This document shows positions 40,306 to 49,376 of a DNA stretch of 64,000 nt, in pieces. The notes beneath the pieces were generated by a model. It was not told the origin of the DNA and did not search any database. It saw nothing but the letters and a program-made list of their open reading frames with translations. A program made the position numbers and the translations under genes. Numbering within the stretch: position 1 is the first letter of the stretch; each line of letters begins with the position of its first letter. Source of the DNA: Acidobacteriota bacterium (lineage in GTDB: Bacteria; Acidobacteriota; Thermoanaerobaculia; Multivoradales; J023); the NCBI GenBank assembly GCA_029263315.1, contig JAJCXR010000035.1, positions 375-64,374 on the forward strand. Direction: 5' to 3'.

Positions 40306-41565
40306 ATGCAAGACAACTGGCAACCCCTCTTACAGGGGGACATGGCGGAGGACGCTTGGCGGGCGATCCGCGCCATCGCGGCGGATCTTGGGCCACCGGA
40401 CCGGGCCTTTGCGGACAATGCGCGCTGGGGTTTGGCCGGCGGAGCCGCCGGCACGGCGTTGTTCTTTGCCTATTTGGCCGAGGTCAGTGAGGACTCGCAG
40501 CATCGGGATTTGGCCTGTGAGCATCTGGAAACGGCCCTCGACGGGGCTGGCCAGGCCCAAGCCTTCGGGCTCTGGGACGGCCTGTTGGGGGTGTCCTGGG
40601 TTTTTGACCACTTGGCCGGTCGTCTCTTCGAGGTGGAGGACGACGAAGATGGGAGCGATATCGACCGTGCCTTGACCAATCTTCTGCAAAGCGCTCCACA
40701 GTATGAGAATTACGACTTGATCCAAGGTCTGGCCGGTTTTGGCGTCGCTTGCCTGGAGGGGCTCCCCCGTCCGGGGGCTCGCCAGGCCTTGGACTTGGTG
40801 CTCGACCATCTGGTGGGTGGCCAACTGCAACTCGACGGCGGCGTCACCTGGCTCACGCCGCCGGATTTGTTGCCACCCTGGCAGCGGCAGCTGGCGCCGG
40901 AGGGTTACTACAACCTCGGCGTAGCCCATGGCGTGGCGGCGGTCCTGACCCTTCTCGCCCGCTGTGTCCAGGCATCGATCCGCCGCCAAGAGCTTCTGCC
41001 GCTGCTCGATGAGCTGGTGCAGTGGATCCTGGCACAGCGCTCGGAGTTGGGATTCCCCAGCTGGATTCCCAAAGATCGGCCGGTCGTCGAAGGGGCTCGG
41101 CTGGCCTGGTGCTACGGTGATCCGGGGGTCGCCGCGGCCCTCCTGGCGGCGGCCCAAGCCACCGGTCGTCACAGCTGGGCGGCGATGGCCGAGGAGGTGG
41201 CACACCAGGCCGCCGGTCGCGATCCGGCCCTGGCCCGAGTCCAGGACGCCGGACTGTGCCATGGCTCCGCCGGAGTGGCTCATCTTTTCCATCGCCTCTA
41301 CCGGGGCACCGGCAATGCCGACCTGGCGGAGGCTGCCCGACATTGGTTCCTCCACACTTTGGAGATGCGGCGTCCGGGGGCGGGTTTTGGAGGATTCCAA
41401 GCCTGGACGCTGCCACGGGGGCAACTCGAGGGCGAGTTGCAATGGGTTGACGATCCCGGCCTGCTCACCGGCTCGGCGGGGATCGGCCTCAGCTTGCTGG
41501 CGGCGGTGACCTCGCAGGAGCCACGCTGGGACCGCGCCCTGATGGTGTCGACATCGGCCCCCTAG
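40306..41565 (+). CDS. lanC: Class I lanthipeptide cyclase
   Basis: GLAGGAAG, YDLIQGLAG, YNLGVAHG, AWCYGDPG, GLCHGSAG, GLLTGSAG; GGAGG RBS. Confidence 0.95.
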   Translation: MQDNWQPLLQGDMAEDAWRAIRAIAADLGPPDRAFADNARWGLAGGAAGTALFFAYLAEVSEDSQHRDLACEHLETALDGAGQAQAFGLWDGLLGVSWVFDHLAGRLFEVEDDEDGSDIDRALTNLLQSAPQYENYDLIQGLAGFGVACLEGLPRPGARQALDLVLDHLVGGQLQLDGGVTWLTPPDLLPPWQRQLAPEGYYNLGVAHGVAAVLTLLARCVQASIRRQELLPLLDELVQWILAQRSELGFPSWIPKDRPVVEGARLAWCYGDPGVAAALLAAAQATGRHSWAAMAEEVAHQAAGRDPALARVQDAGLCHGSAGVAHLFHRLYRGTGNADLAEAARHWFLHTLEMRRPGAGFGGFQAWTLPRGQLEGELQWVDDPGLLTGSAGIGLSLLAAVTSQEPRWDRALMVSTSAP

Positions 41566-41655
41566 AGACCGCACCAGGCTCGGCTTCTGCGGCCTTGGAC
41601 GAGTTGGCCAAGGCCTGAGAGGAAGCGAAACGGTGGGAGAGAATCTCGCCGGAGA

Positions 41656-41701
41656 CGAGTGGTTGAAACCACTCGCTAGGATGTTTCGTCCCTCCGGGAC
41701 G
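41656..41701. repeat. Bipartite REP-like element family B (hairpin + CGTCCCTCCGGGACG)
   Basis: CGAGTGGTT-GA-AACCACTCG stem, 11-nt gap, then a second palindrome; same layout as 52365-52424. Confidence 0.6.
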
Positions 41702-41834
41702 CCGGAAAGCGGCATGCAGGGATAGTCCCTAATTCCTGTCCCGCTTCGGCGCTCCTAATCTGGAGAAAAAGAATTGGATTGTGACCACGCCAAGGGGCCT
41801 CCCTGGGCACCGTTTCGGTATTTCAGGACGGAAA

Positions 41835-44800
41835 CTAGGCTAGCCGTTCGGCCCGCTGCCGAGCCCGCTGGGACAGCCGGTGGCGGTGCAAGAAGTCGTA
41901 GAGCACCGCTTCGTGGGCCCTGGCGTTGGCTGGAATCAAGCGGTTGACGGTCATGTGGGCCAAGCTAGACCCCAAGCTACCTAGCGGTATGGCCAGCTGC
42001 CGCGATTGAGCCAGGGCTCGCAGGGCCGCCATCGGTTGTTTCAAGTGGTGATCGCGTTGCCGTAGGACGAGCAAGGACGTTTCCAGGGGTGACAAGCTCG
42101 CCGCCTTGGCCTGTGTTGTTGGCTGGCGGACCGTGTCGAGCTTCCGCAGAGCGGCGCTGATCAGTTGTTTGTGCTGGCGTAGCTTCTGCGCCATGCCTCG
42201 GCGCATGCGTTTGTCGATCCCCATCTCGTCGGCGAAACCCTGGCGCATGGTGTCGATGCAGGCGATGTGGGAGGCCAGGTCGTCGGCGAAGAGCCCGGCC
42301 AGCAGCCCGTTGAGGCTCGCCAAGGTGGCCAGCCAACGATGGGTGGCGCCAACATCCCCCCGCAAGACGGGCAGCATGGCGAGCACGGCGACGCTGTCGT
42401 GGTGGAAGATCTGCTCACAGAGGTCGAGCCCGGGCCGGCCCCCATAGCGTTCGATTTCCGGCTCGTAGGTGGCGAGCTGTAGATTCCAAATGCAGCCTTG
42501 ATCGAGGAGCCGCGTCGCCAGGGCGGACAAACGTTGTTGGAGATCCCAGCGCAAGCCCTCGTCGGGCACTTGGAAGCGCACCCGGAGGTGGAATTCGGGA
42601 TCGCTATAACGAATGAAAAACCAGCGACGGATCTCCTGCCCATAGTTTTGCACCAGTTGGCGGATGGGACCTTGCAGGATGTCGTCGGCGGTGGTCGAGC
42701 CGGTGTAGAGCTTGGCGAAAAGCCACTGGGAGCCTGGCAAATATTTTTCGCCGAGGTCTTGCCCCGTCAAGGGACCCCCGGTGAGAATGGAGGAGCTGCC
42801 GACGGCCAGGGGGCTGCTCTGCGCCCCGGCTTCGACCTCGGGGGCCGGCCGCGGCCGACGACGGACCAAGGGCAGGATGAGCTCGTGGGCATAGCGTCCT
42901 TCAGGCCCTTGCAGCACCAAATTGTTACCCTGTTGGAGGAATTCCAGGAGACGAAAGCTGCGACGCCGTTGCACGATACTGAGGAGAGCCTCCACCGACA
43001 GGCGGTGGTCGAAGTCGACAAACAGCTCGTTGTCGCCGTCGGCCAGCAGCACGCGACGGGGAAGCTCCCGCTCCTGACACCAGCGGTCCAGGGCCGGTTG
43101 CCGTCGGTGGCTTTCAAGAGTCGCCCAAGGACGGATCTCCTCTCCGCTCACCACCCACTCCGCCGGCCTCAAGATGGTGCGACCATACACTACCCTCGGC
43201 AGCTGGGAGAGTTGGTCGAGGGGTCCCCAGGACCAAGCCAAGCCGCCGCAAACCCCCTGGGATTGCAGCGAGCAGAGAAAGCGATAGATACCTAGGCCAC
43301 GCAGGGAGAAATTATGGGCGCTGGTGAGGCGGGGGATGACCCGTTTGCCGAGCCGTTGGGACCACAGGATCACCTCGTCGCCGACGACGCTGACCCGAAG
43401 ATCGTCGAGTGGGATTTGATGCTCCTGCGGGCAGCCGCTGTGGCCGAGGAACGGGATCTCATATCTGCGCAACACCGGGCGCAGCAGAATGTTGCCGATG
43501 CGACCTTCCGGCAAGTGCACGATTTCGGCGTAAACGGCGTCGGGCCGGTGCGCCTCCTCCCGTTGCAGATGGGCCCGCACGTGCTCTGCCAAGGCGGCGT
43601 CGGCGTGGCAGAAGCGACCCAACAACGCCGCCCCCGACGGGCCGCTGGCCCCCTTGAGCAACAACTGGAACTGACCTTGGTCGACGGCCTCGGAGGACGA
43701 CGCGAGCAGAGTGCAGATGATCTGCATGGCGTCCGGCAGCGGCTTCAACGGAATGTCGTCCAGGCGATCCAGATCATCGTCCGTCAGTCGCAGCACCTTC
43801 TCTCCCCGACGGGCGCCGGTGAAGAGCTTCTGGGTGATTAGCCCTTGGGCCTGACCCCAGGGGACCTCCCGGTTGCCCGGGCGGGACGGAAAGTGGATGC
43901 CTTGGAGCAGTGGAGCGTCGTGACTGCCCAGGCCAGCTGTGGGGGAGAAACCGATGCCCACTTCTTCGTCGAGCGCTTCCACCAGGGGCACCGCACGGCC
44001 CGGTTCATAACGTCGCCTGAAGGCCTCGCGAAAACTGGCGAAAGGGTCGAAAATGGTGTCCCCCCGCAGTCTATGCAGACAGGCCACCGCCGCCATCGCC
44101 TCCTCCACGACCTGGGAGTTGAGCTGTAGATCCGGAGCCGGCTTGCCAGCGTCGACCTGGAAAAGGCGAGGCAAGGCGATCTCCGGCCCCAAGGGCTCGA
44201 GCTGGCGTCCCAGGCGACGATAGACCTGGCCGACTTCGACGATCGAGCTTCGAGAATCCTGCTGTTTCCCCTTCGCGGGCGTCAGATCCAGCCGCCTCAA
44301 GGCATCCCGAATCTCGGCCAAGCCAGCGGCGATGGGCGCCGTTTTTGGAATGGGGGCGAGATGCTCGATGAAGTCGTGCACCGGCTCGGTTCCGGTGACC
44401 CCGGGGCCCAGATTGGAGACCAGAAGTTGAGTGTCCACCATTTCATGGACGAGCTCCATGGCTTCGTCGAGGCTGATCGCTTCGACGTCCGTAGGTTGCT
44501 CGGCATCGTTCGCCGGCTGCTGACGATGTTGTTGATCGAAATCGACGATGCAGCGGGCGATGTCGAGCACGGTGGCGCCCCCCCGCGCCGCCCGCAACGC
44601 CGCCGAAAGGTAGGGATCATCGCCCACCGCCACCAGATGGTACGACCGCTGCTGACCGTCGAGACGGCCTTCCGCATAACGCCAACGGCCGGCGGTGAAG
44701 TAGAGGCTGCTGTTGGGGGAATAGCGGAGGGCGGCCCGCACCTCCGGATCCGTCTCGAGGTGGTGGGCCAAGCGGAAGAGGTAGTCCATGTCGAGGCGCG

Positions 44801-45242
44801 TATGACGACGGTTGGCGTGACGGGGGGCAAGCTTTAGGTGGGTGCCATTGCCTAGCCGCCCCAGGGAGCCCCCGGCGAACAGGCCAAACGGCGTGGAGCG
44901 GGTCATCATGCGTACGACGTAGCGGGCCAGGGAGCTGCGCAGCCGCGCCGCCCGCTTGGCCGGCGTCGAAGCATCGAGATGCCCTAAACCTTCGATCAAT
45001 GACGGCGAGGCCACGAACAGAGCTTCGGCGATTTCCGGCCGTTGCGCCATTGCGAAGAGATGATCTTCCGATGGGTCAGTTCCTGTGTCGGACGAGGCTG
45101 CCTGGGCGTCGAGCCATGCTAGATGCTCGTCGAAGGGCAGGAGGGGAGAGCGCAGGACGAAGAAGTCTTCCGCCCGGTGATGCGGAAGGCTGCGCCTGGG
45201 GACGGTTCGGGTGGGTGCGTTGGTGGTGTCGATTGTCATCAC
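41835..45242 (-). CDS. lanB: Class I lanthipeptide dehydratase, full length (glutamylation + elimination domains)
   Basis: FFVLRSPLLPF, IAEALFVASPSL, RSTPFGLFAG, LGRF, PRLTSAHN, WLFAKLY, WFFIRYSDPEFHLRVRF, YEPEIERYGG, HMTVNRL; 1135 aa. Confidence 0.95.
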   Translation of the reverse strand: MMTIDTTNAPTRTVPRRSLPHHRAEDFFVLRSPLLPFDEHLAWLDAQAASSDTGTDPSEDHLFAMAQRPEIAEALFVASPSLIEGLGHLDASTPAKRAARLRSSLARYVVRMMTRSTPFGLFAGGSLGRLGNGTHLKLAPRHANRRHTRLDMDYLFRLAHHLETDPEVRAALRYSPNSSLYFTAGRWRYAEGRLDGQQRSYHLVAVGDDPYLSAALRAARGGATVLDIARCIVDFDQQHRQQPANDAEQPTDVEAISLDEAMELVHEMVDTQLLVSNLGPGVTGTEPVHDFIEHLAPIPKTAPIAAGLAEIRDALRRLDLTPAKGKQQDSRSSIVEVGQVYRRLGRQLEPLGPEIALPRLFQVDAGKPAPDLQLNSQVVEEAMAAVACLHRLRGDTIFDPFASFREAFRRRYEPGRAVPLVEALDEEVGIGFSPTAGLGSHDAPLLQGIHFPSRPGNREVPWGQAQGLITQKLFTGARRGEKVLRLTDDDLDRLDDIPLKPLPDAMQIICTLLASSSEAVDQGQFQLLLKGASGPSGAALLGRFCHADAALAEHVRAHLQREEAHRPDAVYAEIVHLPEGRIGNILLRPVLRRYEIPFLGHSGCPQEHQIPLDDLRVSVVGDEVILWSQRLGKRVIPRLTSAHNFSLRGLGIYRFLCSLQSQGVCGGLAWSWGPLDQLSQLPRVVYGRTILRPAEWVVSGEEIRPWATLESHRRQPALDRWCQERELPRRVLLADGDNELFVDFDHRLSVEALLSIVQRRRSFRLLEFLQQGNNLVLQGPEGRYAHELILPLVRRRPRPAPEVEAGAQSSPLAVGSSSILTGGPLTGQDLGEKYLPGSQWLFAKLYTGSTTADDILQGPIRQLVQNYGQEIRRWFFIRYSDPEFHLRVRFQVPDEGLRWDLQQRLSALATRLLDQGCIWNLQLATYEPEIERYGGRPGLDLCEQIFHHDSVAVLAMLPVLRGDVGATHRWLATLASLNGLLAGLFADDLASHIACIDTMRQGFADEMGIDKRMRRGMAQKLRQHKQLISAALRKLDTVRQPTTQAKAASLSPLETSLLVLRQRDHHLKQPMAALRALAQSRQLAIPLGSLGSSLAHMTVNRLIPANARAHEAVLYDFLHRHRLSQRARQRAERLA

Positions 45243-45505
45243 ACCCTACAACGCGGAGAAATGTGCCGCGCAGTGCCGTTTTTGTGGGGTTGTTTTAGCC
45301 ATCGCAGGTACTTTCGCAGGCAGCCCTATCGGCGGTCTTCGTCGGCGAGGTGGGTGCGGCTGGCATCTGAGTCCGGGGGGCGATGGCACCTTCTGCGAGA
45401 TCCGTGCGCGTTGATAGATGACAGGGCTTCCCTAGAGGCCCGCTGCACTCTCTCCCATCGAAGGGAGACATCTTGAATGGAGACACCGGAAGACATGGAG
45501 GGGCC

Positions 45506-45697
45506 ATGAAGAAAACCTTGCGTCGATTGCGCTTGGAACGTGAAACGCTCCGCAACCTCACCCCCGAGCACTTGGGACAAGTCGTCGGCGGCACTGGGGG
45601 GACTATCGATGACACCGACACCCGTCACAACTCTTGCAACTTGGCCGAATCCAAGCCTATTTCCGTTTGCCAGAGCTGCCTCCCCTTTGTTTGCTAA
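45506..45697 (+). CDS. lanA: Lanthipeptide precursor 1 (29-aa GG leader, 34-aa core)
   Basis: MKKTLRRLRLERETLRNLTPEHLGQVVGG|TGGTIDDTDTRHNSCNLAESKPISVCQSCLPFVC; GGAG RBS; adjacent to lanB. Confidence 0.9.
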   Translation: MKKTLRRLRLERETLRNLTPEHLGQVVGGTGGTIDDTDTRHNSCNLAESKPISVCQSCLPFVC

Positions 45698-45757
45698 GCC
45701 CTGGTCCCCGTGAGACGTTAGCGTGAGGTTCGAAACGACCGAAACTAGGAAAACACC

Positions 45758-45943
45758 ATGAAGAAAACACTACGCCGTTTGCGTTTGGAGCGTGAGACGC
45801 TTCGCAACTTGACACCGCAGGATCTGGAGCAGGTGGTCGGTGGCAATCCCTTGGACGATGGCGATACGCGCTACAACTCCTGTGATCTGGCGATCACACG
45901 GCCACGCTTGGTGTGCTGCAGCCTCTTGCCCCTTGGCTGCTAG
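45758..45943 (+). CDS. lanA: Lanthipeptide precursor 2 (29-aa GG leader, 32-aa core)
   Basis: MKKTLRRLRLERETLRNLTPQDLEQVVGG|NPLDDGDTRYNSCDLAITRPRLVCCSLLPLGC. Confidence 0.9.
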   Translation: MKKTLRRLRLERETLRNLTPQDLEQVVGGNPLDDGDTRYNSCDLAITRPRLVCCSLLPLGC

Positions 45944-46012
45944 TCGCTGAAGCCGACAGCCCTGCGGCAGGGATGGCGTGGAGATGTCGTCCCTGCCGTC
46001 GGCTGGGGTTCT

Positions 46013-46630
46013 TCAGCCCAGCTCGCGCACCAGAAAGGCCCGCGCCAAAGCCCAATCGCGGGCCACGGTGCGACGGGAGCAACCGATGGCCAAGGCCGTT
46101 TCATCGAGGGTCAAGCCGGCGAAGCAATGCAAATGCACCACCAAGGCGAGCCGCGGCTCATGCTCTGAGAGTCGTCCCAGGGCCAGTTGCAGCCCCATGG
46201 GGTCCATGTCCTCTTTGAGGGCCGCCGGTAACTGATCGAGGAACTCGTAACGCACCACCTCCGCCTTGCGACGATCCGCCATCTTGGTGCGGGCGTGGTC
46301 GAGCAGGATGCGCCGCATGGTGACGGCGGCAATGGCGAAGAAATGTTTACGATTGCGCCAATTGACGTGCCGCTGGGCGCGCAGCCGCAAGTACGCCTCG
46401 TGCACCAAGGCGCGGGGCTCCAACGTGTGGTCCGTACGTTCGTTGCGCAGGTAGCCCCGAGCCTGTTGGTTGAGCTCCCGGTAGACAAGCTCGAGCAATT
46501 GGTTTTCCTCGAGATGGGAGCTGCCTTTCCAAGATTGCAGGAGATGGGTGATCTCACCCCGCTCCTCTTGGCTCAGGGGACAGGCCGGGTGATGGGGTGC
46601 GGAGGCGTAGGCTGGAGGCTCGATCTGCAT
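46013..46630 (-). CDS. ECF sigma factor, STK-associated (TIGR02999-like)
   Basis: LVYREL...YLRNERTDHTLEPRALVHEAYLRL, NRKHFFAIAAVTMRRILLDHAR, RTVARDWALARAFL. Confidence 0.92.
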   Translation of the reverse strand: MQIEPPAYASAPHHPACPLSQEERGEITHLLQSWKGSSHLEENQLLELVYRELNQQARGYLRNERTDHTLEPRALVHEAYLRLRAQRHVNWRNRKHFFAIAAVTMRRILLDHARTKMADRRKAEVVRYEFLDQLPAALKEDMDPMGLQLALGRLSEHEPRLALVVHLHCFAGLTLDETALAIGCSRRTVARDWALARAFLVRELG

Positions 46631-49376
46631 GGCTCTCTCCAGAAGGACTCTCAGACGTTGGGGCCAAGGAGGCCCGACAGTTTTCTAAGTAGGTCTCCCA
46701 AGGTTCCACCATGCGACTCAGGTCGTCGGGTTGGTTGGCGGCACGCAGGGCGGCACGGGAACGCTGCAGCAAGGGCTCGGCTTCGTCGCATCGGCCTTGG
46801 ACGGCCAGGTTCTCGCCCAGGAAGAGCTCGACCCTGGATACGGACAGGGCTTTTTCGCCATGGGCTGCCTGGCGGATGTAGAGGGCGCGACGCAAGAGAG
46901 GCTCCCCGGTGGCCGCGTCGGCGTCCAAGGTCCGGCAGCGACCGATACCGATCAGTTGATAGGCCAACAAGGAAGCGTCCGGGGGGAAGAACGTTTCGGC
47001 CATGGTCAAGGAGCGTCGCAGGATGGGCTCGGCGGCCACCGGGTCGTGACGCCTGAAGAGATGGAACCAGCCGTAGTTGCCCAAGGTGACAGCGAGGAAG
47101 GGGCTGGACTCCCCCTCCAGCCGTTGCCGCATGGCGATACTTTCCTCAAACGCCTGGCTTGCTTTGTCGAGATAGCCTGCACGGGAAAGGATGCCGGCAA
47201 GGATGTCGTAGGAGGTGGCCAAGTTAGGATGATCCTGGCCCTGATAGAGCCGTTGCTGAACCGCGATCTTCCTGCGGGCATAATCGATCGCCACGTCGAT
47301 CTGCTCCGGCAGCTCCGCCTTGACGTCGGCAAGTTTGCCGAGGAGGGTCAAGGTCTTTGGATGCTCAGGGCCCAGCAACGCTTCGGCATCGGCCAGTAGA
47401 TCTTCGAAGATGCCCTCCGTCGCCCGGGCGCCGCGCTGGCGATAGATGGCCTCGCCGAGGGTGAGCTGAGCGTCGAGACGTTCTTCTTCGTGCCCGGAAT
47501 CGCCATGGACGGCAAAAATCTCCAGGGCTCGGCGGGCCGTCGCTGCCGCGTCGTCGACGCGGTATTGCAGCAATTCCACATAGCTGATGTGACTGAGGCT
47601 GACCGCTTCCTCCAAGCTGCCGGCGCCAAAATCCATCAGGCGCATTTGGCGACTTCGCTCCAAGAGGGCAAGCGCTTTTTCGAAGGCACCTCGGCGGATG
47701 TGGGTTTGAGCCAACAAATCGAGGGTCTCGACCCCGGCCGAATCGTCGGGCCATGCGGTCTGTTGCCACAGGGCCTCGGCCCGCCGCAGCAGGCGCTCGG
47801 CATCCTCCAAATTGCCAAGGCTGTAGAACACGCGGCCCACCGCTTCGAACAGGGCCGCCTGCACCCTTGGCTGAGTCTGAAGCTGGCCATCGATGCGCGG
47901 CTCGGCGGCCAACAGGATGTCGCGCACCGACGGGTCCTCCCCCAGGGTATGGGCGGGGTCCGAGCCCTCGAAGAGCCCGAGCAGCAGCTCGAGAATGCGT
48001 TCCGACTTGGCGGCCTCCGCCTGGGCCCGGTCCCGCTCGCGGCCCATCTCGTGATTTTGTGTCGCCAGGACGATGGAAGAGACCAGCAAGGTGACCACCA
48101 GCGTCATGCCGATGCTGGCCACCAGCCAGTTGCGCCGCAGCCAACGGGAGAAGCGGTAGGTCATGGTCGGCAGCCGCGCCGCCACCGGCAGACCTTGTGT
48201 CCATCGTTGCAAATCGTTGTCCATCAGCTCGACGGAGCCATAGCGCCCTGAGGGCTCGAGGCGCAGGGCTTTGTTGAGGATGGCTTCCAGATCTTGACGA
48301 CGGGTGCGGTCGAGGGCCAGGAAGGCCTCGGCCGACGGTCGGGTATCCGTTGGCTGGTCGAGGGTGCGGTGGGCCGAACGCTCCAGGGATACGGAGACCG
48401 TATCCTCTTGCATCTCGGCCAGCCGTTCACTGATGCTGCGGGCGAAGGGAAGGCGTCCGGTGAGCAGGCGAAACAGCAAGACCCCAAGACTGAACGTATC
48501 CGAGGCTGTGGTGACGGGTTGGCCGAGGAGCTGCTCAGGGCTGGCGTAGCTCGGGGTCAGTGGTCCGGGGCCGACCCCCGTCGGGTCCCAATCGCTGCCC
48601 TCGGGGGTCAGCAGCTTGGAGATGCCGAAATCCAGTAGCTTGGGCTCTCCCTCGGGGGTGACCAGAATGTTGCTTGGTTTGAGGTCCCGATGCACCACGA
48701 GGTTGCGGTGGGCGTAGGCGACGGCCTTGCAGACACGGCGGAAGAGGGCGATCCGTTGGCGTGCGTCGAGCTTCTCGTCGTCGCAGTAGGCACTGATCGG
48801 GCGCCCCCCTTCGATGTACTCCATGACGATGAAGGGGACACCCCGCTCGCTGGTGCCGCCGCCGTAGAGTCGGGCAATGCCAGGGTGCTCCAGGCTGGCG
48901 TGCACTTGACGCTCGGTGAGGAAGCGCTCGTAGCCTTCCACTCGACCGCTGGCGTGCAGGGTTTTGATGGCCACCAGACGGTCGAAGGCGTTGTCCGTGC
49001 GAGCAGCGAGTAAAACTTGGCTCATGCCGCCGCGGCCGAGCTCGTTGAGGATCGTATAGGGACCCAATTGTCTCGACGGTGCCATGTCCAGCGTGCTGGC
49101 GCTGAGCTGCTCGACGGTGACGCAGAATCCGGCGTCGGTGAACTGCTCCGCTAGATCGTGGGCCCGCAGCAGGCTCTCCACCTCGTCGCGCACCGTCGAG
49201 TCCGTGGGATAGAGGGCATCCAACCGGGCGTTCCGCTCCGTTTCCGGTAGATCGAAGATCTGCTGGAAGACGGCGCTCATTTCTTGCCAAGGTGTCGCCA
49301 TGGGATGGTTCGCCAAGGATAGATCCGGCGGAAACTCCGATGGGGCATCGTCGATTCGACCTATCTCTTGATTCAT
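46554..49376 (-). CDS. Ser/Thr kinase with TM segment and C-terminal TPR repeats
   Basis: LGRGGMSQV, VAIK, HRDLKPSN, LLDFG, TPSYASPE, one TM, LGPEHPKT/QDHPNLATS TPR repeats; start may be 49301. Confidence 0.92.
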   Translation of the reverse strand: MNQEIGRIDDAPSEFPPDLSLANHPMATPWQEMSAVFQQIFDLPETERNARLDALYPTDSTVRDEVESLLRAHDLAEQFTDAGFCVTVEQLSASTLDMAPSRQLGPYTILNELGRGGMSQVLLAARTDNAFDRLVAIKTLHASGRVEGYERFLTERQVHASLEHPGIARLYGGGTSERGVPFIVMEYIEGGRPISAYCDDEKLDARQRIALFRRVCKAVAYAHRNLVVHRDLKPSNILVTPEGEPKLLDFGISKLLTPEGSDWDPTGVGPGPLTPSYASPEQLLGQPVTTASDTFSLGVLLFRLLTGRLPFARSISERLAEMQEDTVSVSLERSAHRTLDQPTDTRPSAEAFLALDRTRRQDLEAILNKALRLEPSGRYGSVELMDNDLQRWTQGLPVAARLPTMTYRFSRWLRRNWLVASIGMTLVVTLLVSSIVLATQNHEMGRERDRAQAEAAKSERILELLLGLFEGSDPAHTLGEDPSVRDILLAAEPRIDGQLQTQPRVQAALFEAVGRVFYSLGNLEDAERLLRRAEALWQQTAWPDDSAGVETLDLLAQTHIRRGAFEKALALLERSRQMRLMDFGAGSLEEAVSLSHISYVELLQYRVDDAAATARRALEIFAVHGDSGHEEERLDAQLTLGEAIYRQRGARATEGIFEDLLADAEALLGPEHPKTLTLLGKLADVKAELPEQIDVAIDYARRKIAVQQRLYQGQDHPNLATSYDILAGILSRAGYLDKASQAFEESIAMRQRLEGESSPFLAVTLGNYGWFHLFRRHDPVAAEPILRRSLTMAETFFPPDASLLAYQLIGIGRCRTLDADAATGEPLLRRALYIRQAAHGEKALSVSRVELFLGENLAVQGRCDEAEPLLQRSRAALRAANQPDDLSRMVEPWETYLENCRASLAPTSESPSGESHADRASSLRLRTPSPGLSPEPRGAG

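Noticed and set aside
31824-41715. Long antisense ORFs (31824-33356, 33130-34827, 37062-38702, 40330-41715)
   Set aside because: They are shadows of well-supported plus-strand genes in GC-rich DNA and carry no recognisable motifs.
45384-45396. Sigma54 promoter for lanA (TGGCACCTTCTGC)
   Set aside because: GG-to-GC spacing is 8 nt; sigma54 requires 10.
41566-46012. A third precursor, or an NHLP/Nif11-type precursor
   Set aside because: I read the spacers 41566-41834, 45243-45505 and 45944-46012 (and 31601-31826) and saw no further MKK..GG leader or Cys-rich small ORF with an RBS.
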